A DNA stretch of 64,000 nt from an uncultured Candidatus Rokubacteria bacterium (GTDB taxonomy: Bacteria; Methylomirabilota; Methylomirabilia; Rokubacteriales; DASRDR01). A program made the position numbers and the translations under genes. Below, piece by piece: positions 49,228 to 58,835 of this stretch. How positions within the stretch are numbered: position 1 is the stretch's first letter; every line of letters begins with the position of its first letter. The DNA lies in contig CAWDVE010000010.1 of NCBI GenBank assembly GCA_963805625.1, positions 1,536,001-1,600,000 of the forward strand, given 5' to 3'. Under the pieces are notes generated by a model. The model did no database searches and was not told the DNA's origin. It worked only from the letters and a program-made list of their open reading frames with translations.

Positions 49228-49233
49228 TATAAT
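49228..49233 (+). promoter_or_regulatory. -10 element upstream of the FAH gene
   Basis: Perfect TATAAT in the divergent intergenic region, 63 nt before the ATG. Confidence 0.55.
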
Positions 49234-49296
49234 CGGGACGTTCTTGGCCCGTTGGGGCCCGTGGCCCGATCTGTCACTCGAGACCAGGAGAGTCCG

Positions 49297-50223
49297 ATGA
49301 AGCTCGTTCGCTACTCCGTGCGCGGCTCGTCCCCTCGCCTCGGCGCCCTCGTCGGCGACCGCATCCGCTGCCTGGGCGAGACCTATCACCGCTACCTCGC
49401 TGGCCGGGGGGTCGTGCGCGCGGGCGAGCTGGCCCACGCGCTGTTCCCGTCGAGCGCGCGCGAGTTCCTCCGGGCCGGGGCCGCCGCCGAGGATGCCCTC
49501 CGCGCGATGGACGACGCGGCCCGGGCCGGACGGCTGGACTGGCTCACGCATCCCGCCGCCGAGGCGCACCTCCACGCACCGATCCACGATCCCGAGAAGT
49601 TCCTCTGCATCGGGCTCAACTACATCGATCACGCCGAGGAGACCAAGAGCCCCATTCCCAAGGAGCCGCCTCTCTTCGCCAAGTTCCCGAACGCGATCGT
49701 GGACGCTGGCGCGCCGATCGTCCGTCCCAAGGGGTGCGAGAAGCTCGACTACGAGGTCGAGCTCGGGTTCGTGATGGGGCGCGAGGCGCGGGACGTCCCC
49801 GCCGAGCGTGCGCTCGACTACATCTGGGGCTACGTGGTCGTCAACGATGTGAGTGCGCGGGACTTCCAGCTGGTCACCTCCCAGTGGATGGCCGGCAAGG
49901 CCTGCGACACGTTCGCCCCCATGGGTCCCTGGATCGCCGACCGGGCCGAGATCCCCGACCCGCATGCCCTCGAGCTCCGCACCTGGGTGAACGGGACCAA
50001 GCTCCAGGACGGAAACTCGAAGAACCTCATCTACAATATCAACTACCTCGTCGCGTTCCTGTCCGCGAAGATGACGCTCCTCCCCGGCGACCTCGTCATC
50101 ACGGGAACCCCCGCCGGCGTGGGATTCACGCGAAAGCCCCCGATCCTCCTCAAGGGCGGCGACCGCGTGCGGATGGAGATCACAGGGCTCGGAACCCTGG
50201 ACAACCCCGTCGTCGAGGCCTGA
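49297..50223 (+). CDS. Fumarylacetoacetate hydrolase family protein
   Basis: CIGLNY..H, DYEVEL, NDVSARD, GDLVITGTPAGVG; AGGAG RBS. Confidence 0.93.
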   Translation: MKLVRYSVRGSSPRLGALVGDRIRCLGETYHRYLAGRGVVRAGELAHALFPSSAREFLRAGAAAEDALRAMDDAARAGRLDWLTHPAAEAHLHAPIHDPEKFLCIGLNYIDHAEETKSPIPKEPPLFAKFPNAIVDAGAPIVRPKGCEKLDYEVELGFVMGREARDVPAERALDYIWGYVVVNDVSARDFQLVTSQWMAGKACDTFAPMGPWIADRAEIPDPHALELRTWVNGTKLQDGNSKNLIYNINYLVAFLSAKMTLLPGDLVITGTPAGVGFTRKPPILLKGGDRVRMEITGLGTLDNPVVEA

Positions 50224-50287
50224 GTCACCGGCCCACGGAGCCCAGAAACCCGGCAACCCAGGAGCTCACCGCCCAAGGGAAACCGCA

Positions 50288-50338
50288 ACGTCGGCTCGGA
50301 TCGCCAGGGCGGTGATCCCTGGCGCCCCGAGCTGACGT
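50288..50338. terminator. Hairpin between convergent genes
   Basis: ACGTCGGCTCGG..CGCCAGGG pairs with CCCTGGCG..CCGAGCTGACGT. Confidence 0.5.
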
Positions 50339-50358
50339 CAGGTCCGTCTGCGCGACCT

Positions 50359-51807
50359 CTACTCCCCCAGCTCCCCGAGCAGCCGCGCCGTCGTGCGAAT
50401 CCCCTGGTAGAGGTGATCCAGCCGAATGTGCTCGTTCGGGCTGTGTTGCCGGTTGTTGGCGTTCGCGTAGGGCACGACGATCGTGGGAAGCCCGAGCAGG
50501 TCCGTGAACGCCCAGAGCGGCACGCTGCCGCCTGCGGTCGGCACGACGACGGCCGCCTGGCCATCGTGGGCCCGCTCGATGATCTCCACGACGCGCCGGG
50601 AGATCGGCAGGTTGGCCGGCGTCTTCGCGGGATCGTAGCCGTGGCGTTCGACGACCCGGACCGCTCGGCCCCTGAGGTCGTCCGGCAGCGGCGCGTCCGC
50701 CGACTCGATGACCGTGAAACCCTGCGCCCGGATGTGCTCGACGATCCGCCGGTACACGGCGTCGACCCGCTGGTTCTTCACGAGCCGGAGATCGATGGCG
50801 ACCGTCGCCCGGTGGGGGATGATCGTGTTCGCCTCGGCGCCGACGAATCCGGCCTGCAGGCCCCGGATCGTGAGCGTCGGCCGGAACATCAGACGCTCCA
50901 GGTAGTCTCCCGCGAGGCGCACGCCCAGCTCCCGCTCGAGGGCCGGCCGATCCAGCGGGATACGGTCGAGTAGCTCACGCTCGGCGGCGGTCGGCGGGAC
51001 CGCGTCGGCGCCCAGGCCCTCGATGAGCGGCGTCCCGTCCGGCGCCGCCATCGACGCGAGCAGCCCGGTCAGAATCCACGCCGGGTTCGGCACGCTGAAG
51101 TTCCCGGAATGGACATCGCGGCGAGCCGCCTCGAGCTCGAGCGTGAGGGCGAGAATCCCCCGGGCCCCGAACACGACCGTGGGCCGCTCGCTCGCGTCCT
51201 TGGGCCCGTCCGTCACGAGGACGAGGTCCGCGGCGAGGAGCTCGCGGTGGGCCGCGACGAAGCCCCCGAAGCCGGGGCTTCCGACCTCCTCCTCTCCCTC
51301 GAGCACGAGCTTCAGATTGACGCGAGGGGAGATGCCGAGCGCATCCATCAGCGCGAGGGCCTCGAGGTGCGCCCAGATCGGGCCCTTGTCGTCGGACGCC
51401 CCGCGCGCGTAGAGCCGATGCGCCGGCAGCGCGTCGTCGGGAACCTCGCCAGTCGCCACGACCGGAGCGCCTTCCTCGGCAAGGCCGGCGCGGAGGACCG
51501 GCTCGAACGGCGAGGGCTGGAGCCAGCCCGCGGGCGGGGCGGGCTTGGTGTCGAAGTGGCAGTAGATGAGAAGGGTCCGGGTCGCTCCGGGCACCAGCCG
51601 GGTGCCGAGCACGACGGGGTTCCCCGACGTCTCGAGCACGCGCGTCTCGAGTCCGCGCGCGTGCATGGCGTGGGCCAGCCAGGCCGCGCCGGCACGGACG
51701 CGCACCGGCTGCTGGCTGACCGTGTCGACCCGGAGACACTCGGTGAAGCGCTCGAGGATCTGGCGCCGTCGTGTCCGGAGCGCGCGGTCGAACGCCGGCC
51801 AGTCCAC
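50359..51807 (-). CDS. M20/M25/M40 family metallo-hydrolase
   Basis: YCHFD, YARGASDDKG, EGEEEVGS, HSGN, QHSPNE; start inferred. Confidence 0.9.
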   Translation of the reverse strand: MDWPAFDRALRTRRRQILERFTECLRVDTVSQQPVRVRAGAAWLAHAMHARGLETRVLETSGNPVVLGTRLVPGATRTLLIYCHFDTKPAPPAGWLQPSPFEPVLRAGLAEEGAPVVATGEVPDDALPAHRLYARGASDDKGPIWAHLEALALMDALGISPRVNLKLVLEGEEEVGSPGFGGFVAAHRELLAADLVLVTDGPKDASERPTVVFGARGILALTLELEAARRDVHSGNFSVPNPAWILTGLLASMAAPDGTPLIEGLGADAVPPTAAERELLDRIPLDRPALERELGVRLAGDYLERLMFRPTLTIRGLQAGFVGAEANTIIPHRATVAIDLRLVKNQRVDAVYRRIVEHIRAQGFTVIESADAPLPDDLRGRAVRVVERHGYDPAKTPANLPISRRVVEIIERAHDGQAAVVVPTAGGSVPLWAFTDLLGLPTIVVPYANANNRQHSPNEHIRLDHLYQGIRTTARLLGELGE

Positions 51808-51830
51808 TGTGGTGACGAGGAACGGAGCGG

Positions 51831-52745
51831 CTATCGCGAACGGCTGCGAACGACCTGGGCGATGAGGCGAATGTGCTCGGGCGTCGACCCGCAGCAACCG
51901 CCGACCACGGTGGCGCCCGCGTCGAGGAGCGCCGGGTACTCTCGAGCCATCGCCTCGGGGTCCAGCTCGTACGTGACCTGGTCGCCGGTCGTGATCGGGA
52001 GGCCCGCGTTCGGATAGGCGACCAGCGGTGCGTCGGTCACGGCGCGCATCTCGCGGATGATGGCGATGGCCCGGTCCGGTCCGCGGCCGCAGTTCATACC
52101 CACCACGTCGGCCCCGGCGGCGAGGAGGTTCTTCGCGACCTCGGCGGGGCTCTCGCCCCACATGGTCCGGTCGCGGTCGTGGAGCTCCTCGTACTGGAAG
52201 AACATCGTGGCCATGACGGGCAGCCCGGTCGTCCTGCAGGCGCGCACCGCGGCGACGGCCTCCTGCGGGAACATCATCGTCTCCACGGCGAAGAGGTCGA
52301 CGCCGCCCTCTGCCAGGGCCTCGGCCTGCTCGCGGAACGTCTCGAGGTACTCCTCGTCCGTCGTGTCGCCCAGGGGCTCGTACTCGGCCGGAAGGCGGCT
52401 GGTCGGGCCGACCGACCCCGCCACGTAGCCGTGGGCGGGCGCCGCCGCGCGCACCAGCCGCGCGCCCCGCTCGTTGAGCTCGCGAGTCCGGTCGCCGAGC
52501 CCGTACTCGTTCAGCTTGAGGCGCGAGCCACCGAACGTGTTCGTCTCGACGAGGTCGGAGCCGGCGGCGAAGTAGCCCCGGTGGATGTCCCGGACGACGT
52601 CGGCATGCGTATCGTTCCAGAGCTCGGGGCAGGCGCCGTTCGCGAGACCGGCCGCGAACAGCATCGTGCCGTAGCCTCCGTCGAAGACGAGCAGCTCGCC
52701 GGCCCGCACGCGCGCGAGCCACTCCCGGCCCCGGGTCATGCTCAT
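51831..52745 (-). CDS. Homocysteine S-methyltransferase domain protein (stand-alone)
   Basis: DGGYGT, TNTFGG, GMNCG, PNAGLP, GGCCGS (three Zn-ligand Cys). Confidence 0.92.
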   Translation of the reverse strand: MSMTRGREWLARVRAGELLVFDGGYGTMLFAAGLANGACPELWNDTHADVVRDIHRGYFAAGSDLVETNTFGGSRLKLNEYGLGDRTRELNERGARLVRAAAPAHGYVAGSVGPTSRLPAEYEPLGDTTDEEYLETFREQAEALAEGGVDLFAVETMMFPQEAVAAVRACRTTGLPVMATMFFQYEELHDRDRTMWGESPAEVAKNLLAAGADVVGMNCGRGPDRAIAIIREMRAVTDAPLVAYPNAGLPITTGDQVTYELDPEAMAREYPALLDAGATVVGGCCGSTPEHIRLIAQVVRSRSR

Positions 52746-52760
52746 CCCCGCGTCTCCACG

Positions 52761-53438
52761 CTAGCCGGACGCCGCCACCGGGGCGGTCGACAGCTCCTTG
52801 GCCCGCACCACGGCGAGGGTCGCGTCCCTGGCGTGGCCGTCGGCGCCGATCTCCTCGGCGAAGGCCGGGCTGACCGGCGCTCCGCCGACCATGACCTTGA
52901 CGCGGTCTCTGAGCCCCGCGCGGGCGAGGGCGTCGAGCGTGCGCTTCATCCCGGGCATCGTGGTGGTCATGAGGGCCGAGATGCCGACGATGGTCGCGCC
53001 GTGCTCCTCGACGGCGGCACAGAACTTCTCCGGGGAAACGTCGCGGCCGAGATTCACCACCTTGAAGCCCGCGCCTTCCAGCATCATGGCGACCAGGTTC
53101 TTGCCGATGTCGTGGAGGTCGCCCTGGGCCGTGCCGATCACGACCGTGCCGAGATACTCATTCGTCGAAGCCGCGGTCAGGAGCGGCTTGAGAAGGTCAA
53201 GGCCGGCGTACATCGCCCGCGCCGAGAGCAGCACCTGCGGCACGTAGTACTCGTTGCGACGAAACTTCTCCCCGACCACGTCCATCCCCGGGATCAGCCC
53301 CTTGAAGATGATCTGCTTCGGATCGAGCCCGGCATCGAGTCCCGCGCGGGTCATCTGGCCGACGGTGTCGCGGTCACCCAGGATGAGGGCGCGCGCGATC
53401 CTGGGGTAGTCGTAGCCAGTGTCGTCGGGAGCCGTCAT
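52761..53438 (-). CDS. Corrinoid (cobalamin-binding) protein, cap + B12-binding domains
   Basis: GLIPGMDVVG..F, GDLHDIGKNLV (DxHxxG), SALMTTT, MVGGAP. Confidence 0.94.
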   Translation of the reverse strand: MTAPDDTGYDYPRIARALILGDRDTVGQMTRAGLDAGLDPKQIIFKGLIPGMDVVGEKFRRNEYYVPQVLLSARAMYAGLDLLKPLLTAASTNEYLGTVVIGTAQGDLHDIGKNLVAMMLEGAGFKVVNLGRDVSPEKFCAAVEEHGATIVGISALMTTTMPGMKRTLDALARAGLRDRVKVMVGGAPVSPAFAEEIGADGHARDATLAVVRAKELSTAPVAASG

Positions 53439-53552
53439 CGCTCCGGGTTGTATCACGGGGCATGGGCCGACACAAGCTTCGCGGCCCGCTGGAGCGCACC
53501 TGGCGCAGCGCTCCGGCCGCGCGCCCGGCCCGGCGAGGGAGCCGTCGGTCCC

Positions 53553-54491
53553 CTAGGATTCGGGCTGATGGGCCAGGAGGTCCGCATGGCGGGCCTGATG
53601 GACGCAGCGGCCCGACTCGGCACAGTCGGCCGTCGGCTCAGCGTGCACGACGACGTGCGCGCCGGGAATCGTGTCCGCGATCTCCTGCTCGATGTGGTCT
53701 ACCAGGTCGTGCGCCTCGCCGAGCGGCAGGTGGCGGCACGCCACGATCGTGAAATCCACGTGGCGCTGGGAGCCGGATCGTCGCGTCCGCAGATTGCGAT
53801 GGTCGACGACGAACTGGTGGCGGTGGATCACCTCCTCGATCGCGCGCTGCTCGGCCTCCGGGAGGGCCGCGTCCATCAGATCGTTGATCGAGCGCACGAG
53901 AAGCCGATACGCCGAGCCCAGGATGACGCAGGCCACCGCGATTGCGATCAGGGCGTCGAACACCCCCGAGCCGGTCGCCCAAAGGAGCGCAAGGCCAACC
54001 AGCACGCCGGCGTTGGTCCAGACGTCCGTCTGGTAGTGAAGGGCGTCGGCGATGAGGACGAGCGAGTCGGTTTCCCGGCCAACCCGGCGGAGGTGTCGCG
54101 TGATCAGCCAGCTGACCACGGTTGCCATGACCATGACGGCGATGCCCCACTCCGGGTGCTCGGGCCGGGCGCCCCGGAGCAGCCGGCGGACCGCCTCCAC
54201 CAGCAACCCTCCGCCCACGACCGCAATCACCGCAGTCTGGAGGAGCCCGGCCAGGTTCTCCGCCTTGCCATGCCCGAAGGGGTGCCCCTCGTCGGCGGGA
54301 GAGTCGGCGATCCGGATCGACAGGAGGTTGAAGCTGGAGATCGCGACGTCGAATAGGGAATCGGCGGCGGCCGAAAGAAGGCCGATCGAGTTCGTCGCGA
54401 GCCCGATCGCGAGCTTTCCCGCCGCCAGCGCCGCGGCGCCGCCGATCGCCACTCGCTCCGCGCGAATCTTCGGCGAGGTCGCCGTGCTCAT
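53553..54491 (-). CDS. Cation diffusion facilitator (FieF-like)
   Basis: AADS..D, PADEGHPFGHGKAE, ADALHY.TD, LRTR.SG, VHAEP. Confidence 0.92.
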   Translation of the reverse strand: MSTATSPKIRAERVAIGGAAALAAGKLAIGLATNSIGLLSAAADSLFDVAISSFNLLSIRIADSPADEGHPFGHGKAENLAGLLQTAVIAVVGGGLLVEAVRRLLRGARPEHPEWGIAVMVMATVVSWLITRHLRRVGRETDSLVLIADALHYQTDVWTNAGVLVGLALLWATGSGVFDALIAIAVACVILGSAYRLLVRSINDLMDAALPEAEQRAIEEVIHRHQFVVDHRNLRTRRSGSQRHVDFTIVACRHLPLGEAHDLVDHIEQEIADTIPGAHVVVHAEPTADCAESGRCVHQARHADLLAHQPES

Positions 54492-54548
54492 ACGCCGATC
54501 TTAGCAGCCCCGCGAGCACCGGCGCGGGGCCGATCGGCGGGCAGCCGC

Positions 54549-55346
54549 TCAGCCGCGAGCGGCCCTCCAGGACTCCAGCAGCTCGGCGAGGTCCCGGACG
54601 ACCATGTCCGCCTGCCCAGGCTCGCGGCGCTCACCTACCGGATCGACCCAGACGGTGACCATCCCGGCGGCCCGGCCCCCGGCAACGTCGGTCGTCAGGC
54701 TGTCGCCCACCATCATCGCCTCCGGGGGCCGGCAGCCAAGGCGCTCGAGGGCCATCTCGAAGATGGGGGCATGGGGCTTGCCCACCACGACTGGACGGGC
54801 GCCGCCCGCCACCGCGACGGCCTCCGTCAAGGCGCCGCAGCCAGGGTCGAACTCGCCCGGCGCCACCGGCAGCCGTGGGTCGAGGTTGACCGTGAAGAGC
54901 GTCGCGCCCGCGGCCACGGCGCGCGAAGCAGCCCGCAGCCGGCCGAAGTCGAAGAGCGGATCGTTGCCGACCGCCACGACCCCGGCCCGGCGCCAGTCCT
55001 CGAAGCCCACCACCGTGTGCCCGGCCGCCTCGAGAACCTCCCGCATCTCCCGGGTGCCGAGCGGCAGCACGGCCGCGGGTCCGACCCGGCGCCGGATCGC
55101 CTCCCCCAGGAGGTCGAGGGCCGCGAGCACATCCGTCGCCCCCGCCGCAATTCCCAGACGCGAGAGGCGCTCCGCGATCTGACCCGCGCGCTCTCGGGAG
55201 CTGTTCGTGACGAAAACCACCCCGCGTCCGTCGGCGCGGAGCGCCTCCACCAGCTCCCGGGCCCCGGGCAGCAAGGTCGATCCGGCCCAGATGCAGCCGT
55301 CAAGATCGAACGCGAAGCCGCGGAGGGCCTCGAGCCGGAGGGTCAA
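54549..55346 (-). CDS. HAD-IIA (NagD-like) hydrolase
   Basis: FDLDG, FVTNSS, GKP, MVGDSLTTDV; TTG start inferred. Confidence 0.9.
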   Translation of the reverse strand: MTLRLEALRGFAFDLDGCIWAGSTLLPGARELVEALRADGRGVVFVTNSSRERAGQIAERLSRLGIAAGATDVLAALDLLGEAIRRRVGPAAVLPLGTREMREVLEAAGHTVVGFEDWRRAGVVAVGNDPLFDFGRLRAASRAVAAGATLFTVNLDPRLPVAPGEFDPGCGALTEAVAVAGGARPVVVGKPHAPIFEMALERLGCRPPEAMMVGDSLTTDVAGGRAAGMVTVWVDPVGERREPGQADMVVRDLAELLESWRAARG

Positions 55347-55362
55347 GCCTGACGTCCCAGCT

Positions 55363-55926
55363 TCAGCGCGGCGGAATGAAGCAGAGCCCCTGGCTCTGGA
55401 CGCCAAGCGCCGTGTTGAACTTCGCGCGGAAATGCTCGACGGCGATCGTGGCGGCCAGCTCCACGATCTGCGGGACGGAGAAGTGCCGGCGCAGGGGCTC
55501 GAACTCGACGTCCGTCACAGCCGTGGGCGTCCGCGTTGCCGCTTCGGCGAATCCGAGCGCCGCCCGCTCCGGCTCGCTGAAGAGCGGGCTCTCCCGGAAC
55601 CGGTCCACGGCCGAGAGCTTCTCGAAGGTCGCGCCGTGGCTCATCCCCCGGGATGAGTTGATGTCCATTCAGAATGGGCATCCGACGAGCTGGGCGACCC
55701 GCAGGCAGACGAGATCACGAAGCTCCGCCGGAAGCTGTCCCGACTTCTCCAGGGCGACCGACAGCCCCGCCGCCGCGCGCACCAGAGGAGGACAGTGCGC
55801 CATCACGAGCGTGGGCGCCAGCGGGGCGCCCCACTGCTCCGTCTGCCGCCCCAGGACCTCTCGGATCTCGGCCGGCGCCGCCGCAGGGTCGATCGGCGGA
55901 ATGCGACCGGTGATTTCGTCCTTCAC
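55363..55926 (-). CDS. AhpD/CMD-like selenoprotein, second paralog (UGA at 55671-55669 read as Sec)
   Basis: ORFs 55669..55926 and 55363..55668 abut in frame: LRVAQLVGCPF-UGA-MDINSS...ERAALGFAEAAT...IVELAATIA..FRAKFNTAL. Confidence 0.85.
55640..55657 (-). promoter_or_regulatory. Putative bacterial SECIS element
   Basis: CUCAUCC-CGGG-GGAUGAG perfect 7-bp stem starting 11 nt after the UGA. Confidence 0.72.
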
Positions 55927-56000
55927 CGGACTACCCGGCCCACGTCGGGGCCGACCGCCGGGGCGTCAGGCACGGCCCCGGTCCGTGGCGGCCGGGGGGC

Positions 56001-56783
56001 TCACGGGCGGATGTCCTGGCGGAATCGCGCGACGATGTCCTGACTCCCCTGGACCACCAGCGAGGTATCCGAGCCGAGCGTCAGGAACTGGTAGCCCTTC
56101 CCGTAGAGCTCTCGCGCCTGTTCCCAGCCCCGCGTGATGTTGCCGAGGGCGAGGCCAGCCGCGCGCGTCGACGCCTCCACTCGAGCGAAGGCCGCTTGCA
56201 CGTCGGGGTGGCCAGGATTCCCCATGTGCCCGAGCGCGGTCGACAGGTCCCCGGGCCCGATGAAGATCACGTCGACCCCGGGAACCCGCACGATCTGGTC
56301 GATCTCCTCGACAGCCGTCCGCGTTTCCACCTGGAGAACGACAAGGATCTCCTCGTTTGCGCGCTTCCAGTATTCCGCCGCGTGCCGCCCGTAGCCGCCG
56401 GCGCGGTGGCTGCCGGCGATCCCCCGGATGCCGTCGGGCGGGTACTTGGTGGCGCGCACAGCCGCCTCGGCATCGGCGCGGCCGCCGATCCAGGGCACCA
56501 TGACGCCGTAGGCGCCCATGTCGAGCACCCGCTTGATGATGGCTGGGTCGTTCCACTGGACGCGGACCACCGGAATCGCCTCGCTCCCCTCGATCGCTTG
56601 CAGCTGGGCGAGCAGCGTCTGGAGGTCGCCGTGCCCGTGTTCCATGTCGACGAGGAGCCAGTCGAAGCCGGCCCGGCTCATGATCTCGGCGCTGATCGCG
56701 CTGCACAAATGGAGCCATGCGCCGGAGGTTGGGCGCCCCTCGCGGAGTGTGCGCTTGACGTGATTGGTCTTCACCCAGCTCAC
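56001..56783 (-). CDS. HpcH/HpaI (KDG/HKHD) aldolase family protein
   Basis: GFDWLLVDMEHG, KRVLD.GA, YPP.G.RG, QVET, FIGPGDLS. Confidence 0.92.
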   Translation of the reverse strand: MSWVKTNHVKRTLREGRPTSGAWLHLCSAISAEIMSRAGFDWLLVDMEHGHGDLQTLLAQLQAIEGSEAIPVVRVQWNDPAIIKRVLDMGAYGVMVPWIGGRADAEAAVRATKYPPDGIRGIAGSHRAGGYGRHAAEYWKRANEEILVVLQVETRTAVEEIDQIVRVPGVDVIFIGPGDLSTALGHMGNPGHPDVQAAFARVEASTRAAGLALGNITRGWEQARELYGKGYQFLTLGSDTSLVVQGSQDIVARFRQDIRP

Positions 56784-56968
56784 TCGATCCTCCACGCGAG
56801 CGCCGTGAAGACGCTCGCCAAACTTGACTTTTCGCGGTGCGCTGTGGGATATATCCCCGACACGAACGGGATCTTGGGCCCGCCTGACGGCGGGTCATCC
56901 ACGAGGGGGCGACCACGGTACCGGTCACTATACGGCAGGGCGCGAGGGCCTGACAACCCGCCGGCCGT

Positions 56969-57739
56969 ATGCTCCTCGAAATCCTCGGCTGCCACGGTGG
57001 CAGCGTGCCGAAGCGGCGCCTGCCCAGCTTCCTCATCAACGGGCACCTCCTCCTCGAGGCGGGCTCGGTGACGAGTGCTCTGCCCCTCGGCGCCCAGGCC
57101 AGCATCGAGCAGGTCCTCCTCTCCCACGCTCACCTCGACCACACAGTGGGGCTGGCGTTCCTCGTCGACAACATCCAGTCCGCGCAGACCACCGCTGGCC
57201 GGAACGTCGCCGTGACGGCGGCGTCCATCGCACCGGTGGTCGACGACCTCCGCAGCTACTGCTTCAACAACCGGCTCTGGCCTGACTTCACGAAGCTGCC
57301 GACACCCGAGGAGCCCTCGCTCAGGTTCCAGACGCTGCGCGCGCGCAAGCCGATCGAGTTCGGATCCCTGACCGTCGTCCCGGTGCCCGTCCACCACACC
57401 GTCCCGGCCACCGGCTTCATCTTCCACGACGGCACCTCGGGCCTGGTCTTCTCGGGGGACACCGGCCCGACCGACGAGATCTGGAAGGTGGCGCGGGAGT
57501 TCAAGGGCATCCACGCGATCATCGTCGAGACCGCCTTCCCCAACCGCCTGGAGGACCTCGCCACGGTCTCTGGCCACTTCACACCGGCGCTCCTCCGGCG
57601 CGAGATGGACAAGATGCCGGATGCTCCCCTGTGGGTCTACCACATCAAGCCGGCGCACTTCGAGGAGACGTCGGAAGAGCTCGGGCGGCTGGGCGACCGG
57701 GTTCACGTGCTCGAGCAGGACCAGACCCACACCTTCTGA
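56969..57739 (+). CDS. Metallo-beta-lactamase-fold 3',5'-cyclic nucleotide phosphodiesterase (class II-like)
   Basis: LGCHGG, SHAHLDH, FNNRLWPDF, SGDTGPT, FPNR, H.TP, YHIKP. Confidence 0.82.
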   Translation: MLLEILGCHGGSVPKRRLPSFLINGHLLLEAGSVTSALPLGAQASIEQVLLSHAHLDHTVGLAFLVDNIQSAQTTAGRNVAVTAASIAPVVDDLRSYCFNNRLWPDFTKLPTPEEPSLRFQTLRARKPIEFGSLTVVPVPVHHTVPATGFIFHDGTSGLVFSGDTGPTDEIWKVAREFKGIHAIIVETAFPNRLEDLATVSGHFTPALLRREMDKMPDAPLWVYHIKPAHFEETSEELGRLGDRVHVLEQDQTHTF

Positions 57740-57787
57740 GGCCGGCCTCGCGCGCGACCGCGGGATCCGGGGCGCCGCGCGGCGAGG

Positions 57788-58771
57788 CTACCGGGCCCGG
57801 CGTGCCAGTTCGGTCTCGATCGCGGGCAGCGCCTCCAGGATCACCGTGCCGACGACGCGGAGGCTCTCCGCGGAGAGCTTGTCCGGCGTGTCCTCGGGAG
57901 TGTGCCAATAGGCATTCCGCCCCGGCGACCCTCCGTAGTCGAGGTCGATCAGGAGCGCCGCCGCGACGCCGGCGTCCAGGAACGGCGCGTGATCGTCCTC
58001 CACCGTCTGAGGCCCGTCGGGGAAATGCCGCTCCAGGCCGAGCCGCCGCGCCGCCGCCCAGAGGATCCCGCTGAGCCACGGCGTGGACTGCGTGTCGCGC
58101 GGGATGGCGAGATCCCGGTCGCCGATCATGTCGGCGACGATCAGGGCGCGGAACCGCGGCAGGTCGCCCGACGCACGGAGGGCGGCGACAAGGGCGCGGC
58201 TCCCGTAGAGACTGTCGGTCGCCGACCACTCGACCTGGGCCTCCTCGCCATCGAAGAAGACGAGCCACCGCGTCGACGCCGGTGGCTCCGTGCGGAAACG
58301 CGGCGCCAGCACACGCCCGAGCTCGATCAGGAGGGCGGTCGAGGACCCGCCGTCGTTCGCCCCCACGAAGCGGAACTTCTCGAAGACCTTGGTGTCGTAG
58401 TGGCCGGCGATCGCCACGATCTCGTTCCCCCGGCCCGGCCACTCCGCGATGACGTTGGTCATCGGCACCGGGCCGCGCGGAGTCTGGGCCGTGAACGGGT
58501 GCTCGCGCACTCGCCACCCGGCGCCCCGGAGCTCTCCTGCCACGTACGCACGAGCCCGCGCCAGGGCGGCGGAGCCCGGCGTGCGGGGCCCGATGGCGAC
58601 GAGCCGCTCCACGTCATGGAGCGCTCTGGCGCCGTCGAAGGCCGGGAGGCTCGCGGCACTCGCGCCTCGGCCCGCGAGGCCGGGTAGCACCCCGAGGAGC
58701 GTCGCCCCCAGCAGGGTCCGGCGCGCGAGCCCGCCCGAGGCCACCACGCTCACCGGGCCCCGGCGCCGCAT
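57788..58771 (-). CDS. M28 family peptidase / glutaminyl cyclase-like, Tat-exported
   Basis: ARRTLL Tat-like motif, GHYDTK, GANDGGS, FFDGEE, DMIGD, DDH.PF, WHT.ED. Confidence 0.88.
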   Translation of the reverse strand: MRRRGPVSVVASGGLARRTLLGATLLGVLPGLAGRGASAASLPAFDGARALHDVERLVAIGPRTPGSAALARARAYVAGELRGAGWRVREHPFTAQTPRGPVPMTNVIAEWPGRGNEIVAIAGHYDTKVFEKFRFVGANDGGSSTALLIELGRVLAPRFRTEPPASTRWLVFFDGEEAQVEWSATDSLYGSRALVAALRASGDLPRFRALIVADMIGDRDLAIPRDTQSTPWLSGILWAAARRLGLERHFPDGPQTVEDDHAPFLDAGVAAALLIDLDYGGSPGRNAYWHTPEDTPDKLSAESLRVVGTVILEALPAIETELARRAR

Positions 58772-58835
58772 CGGACCGATGTCACGGCCTTCGGCCGGGG
58801 GCGGCCGGCCTTCGGCCTGCGGCGGGTTGGGGGGC

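Noticed and set aside
51808-52722. Apparent fusion upstream of the M20 peptidase (787-aa ORF)
   Set aside because: Shadow frame over the homocysteine methyltransferase gene
56846-56857. Palindrome GGGATATATCCC in a divergent promoter region
   Set aside because: Single occurrence with no regulator nearby, so an operator call is unsupported
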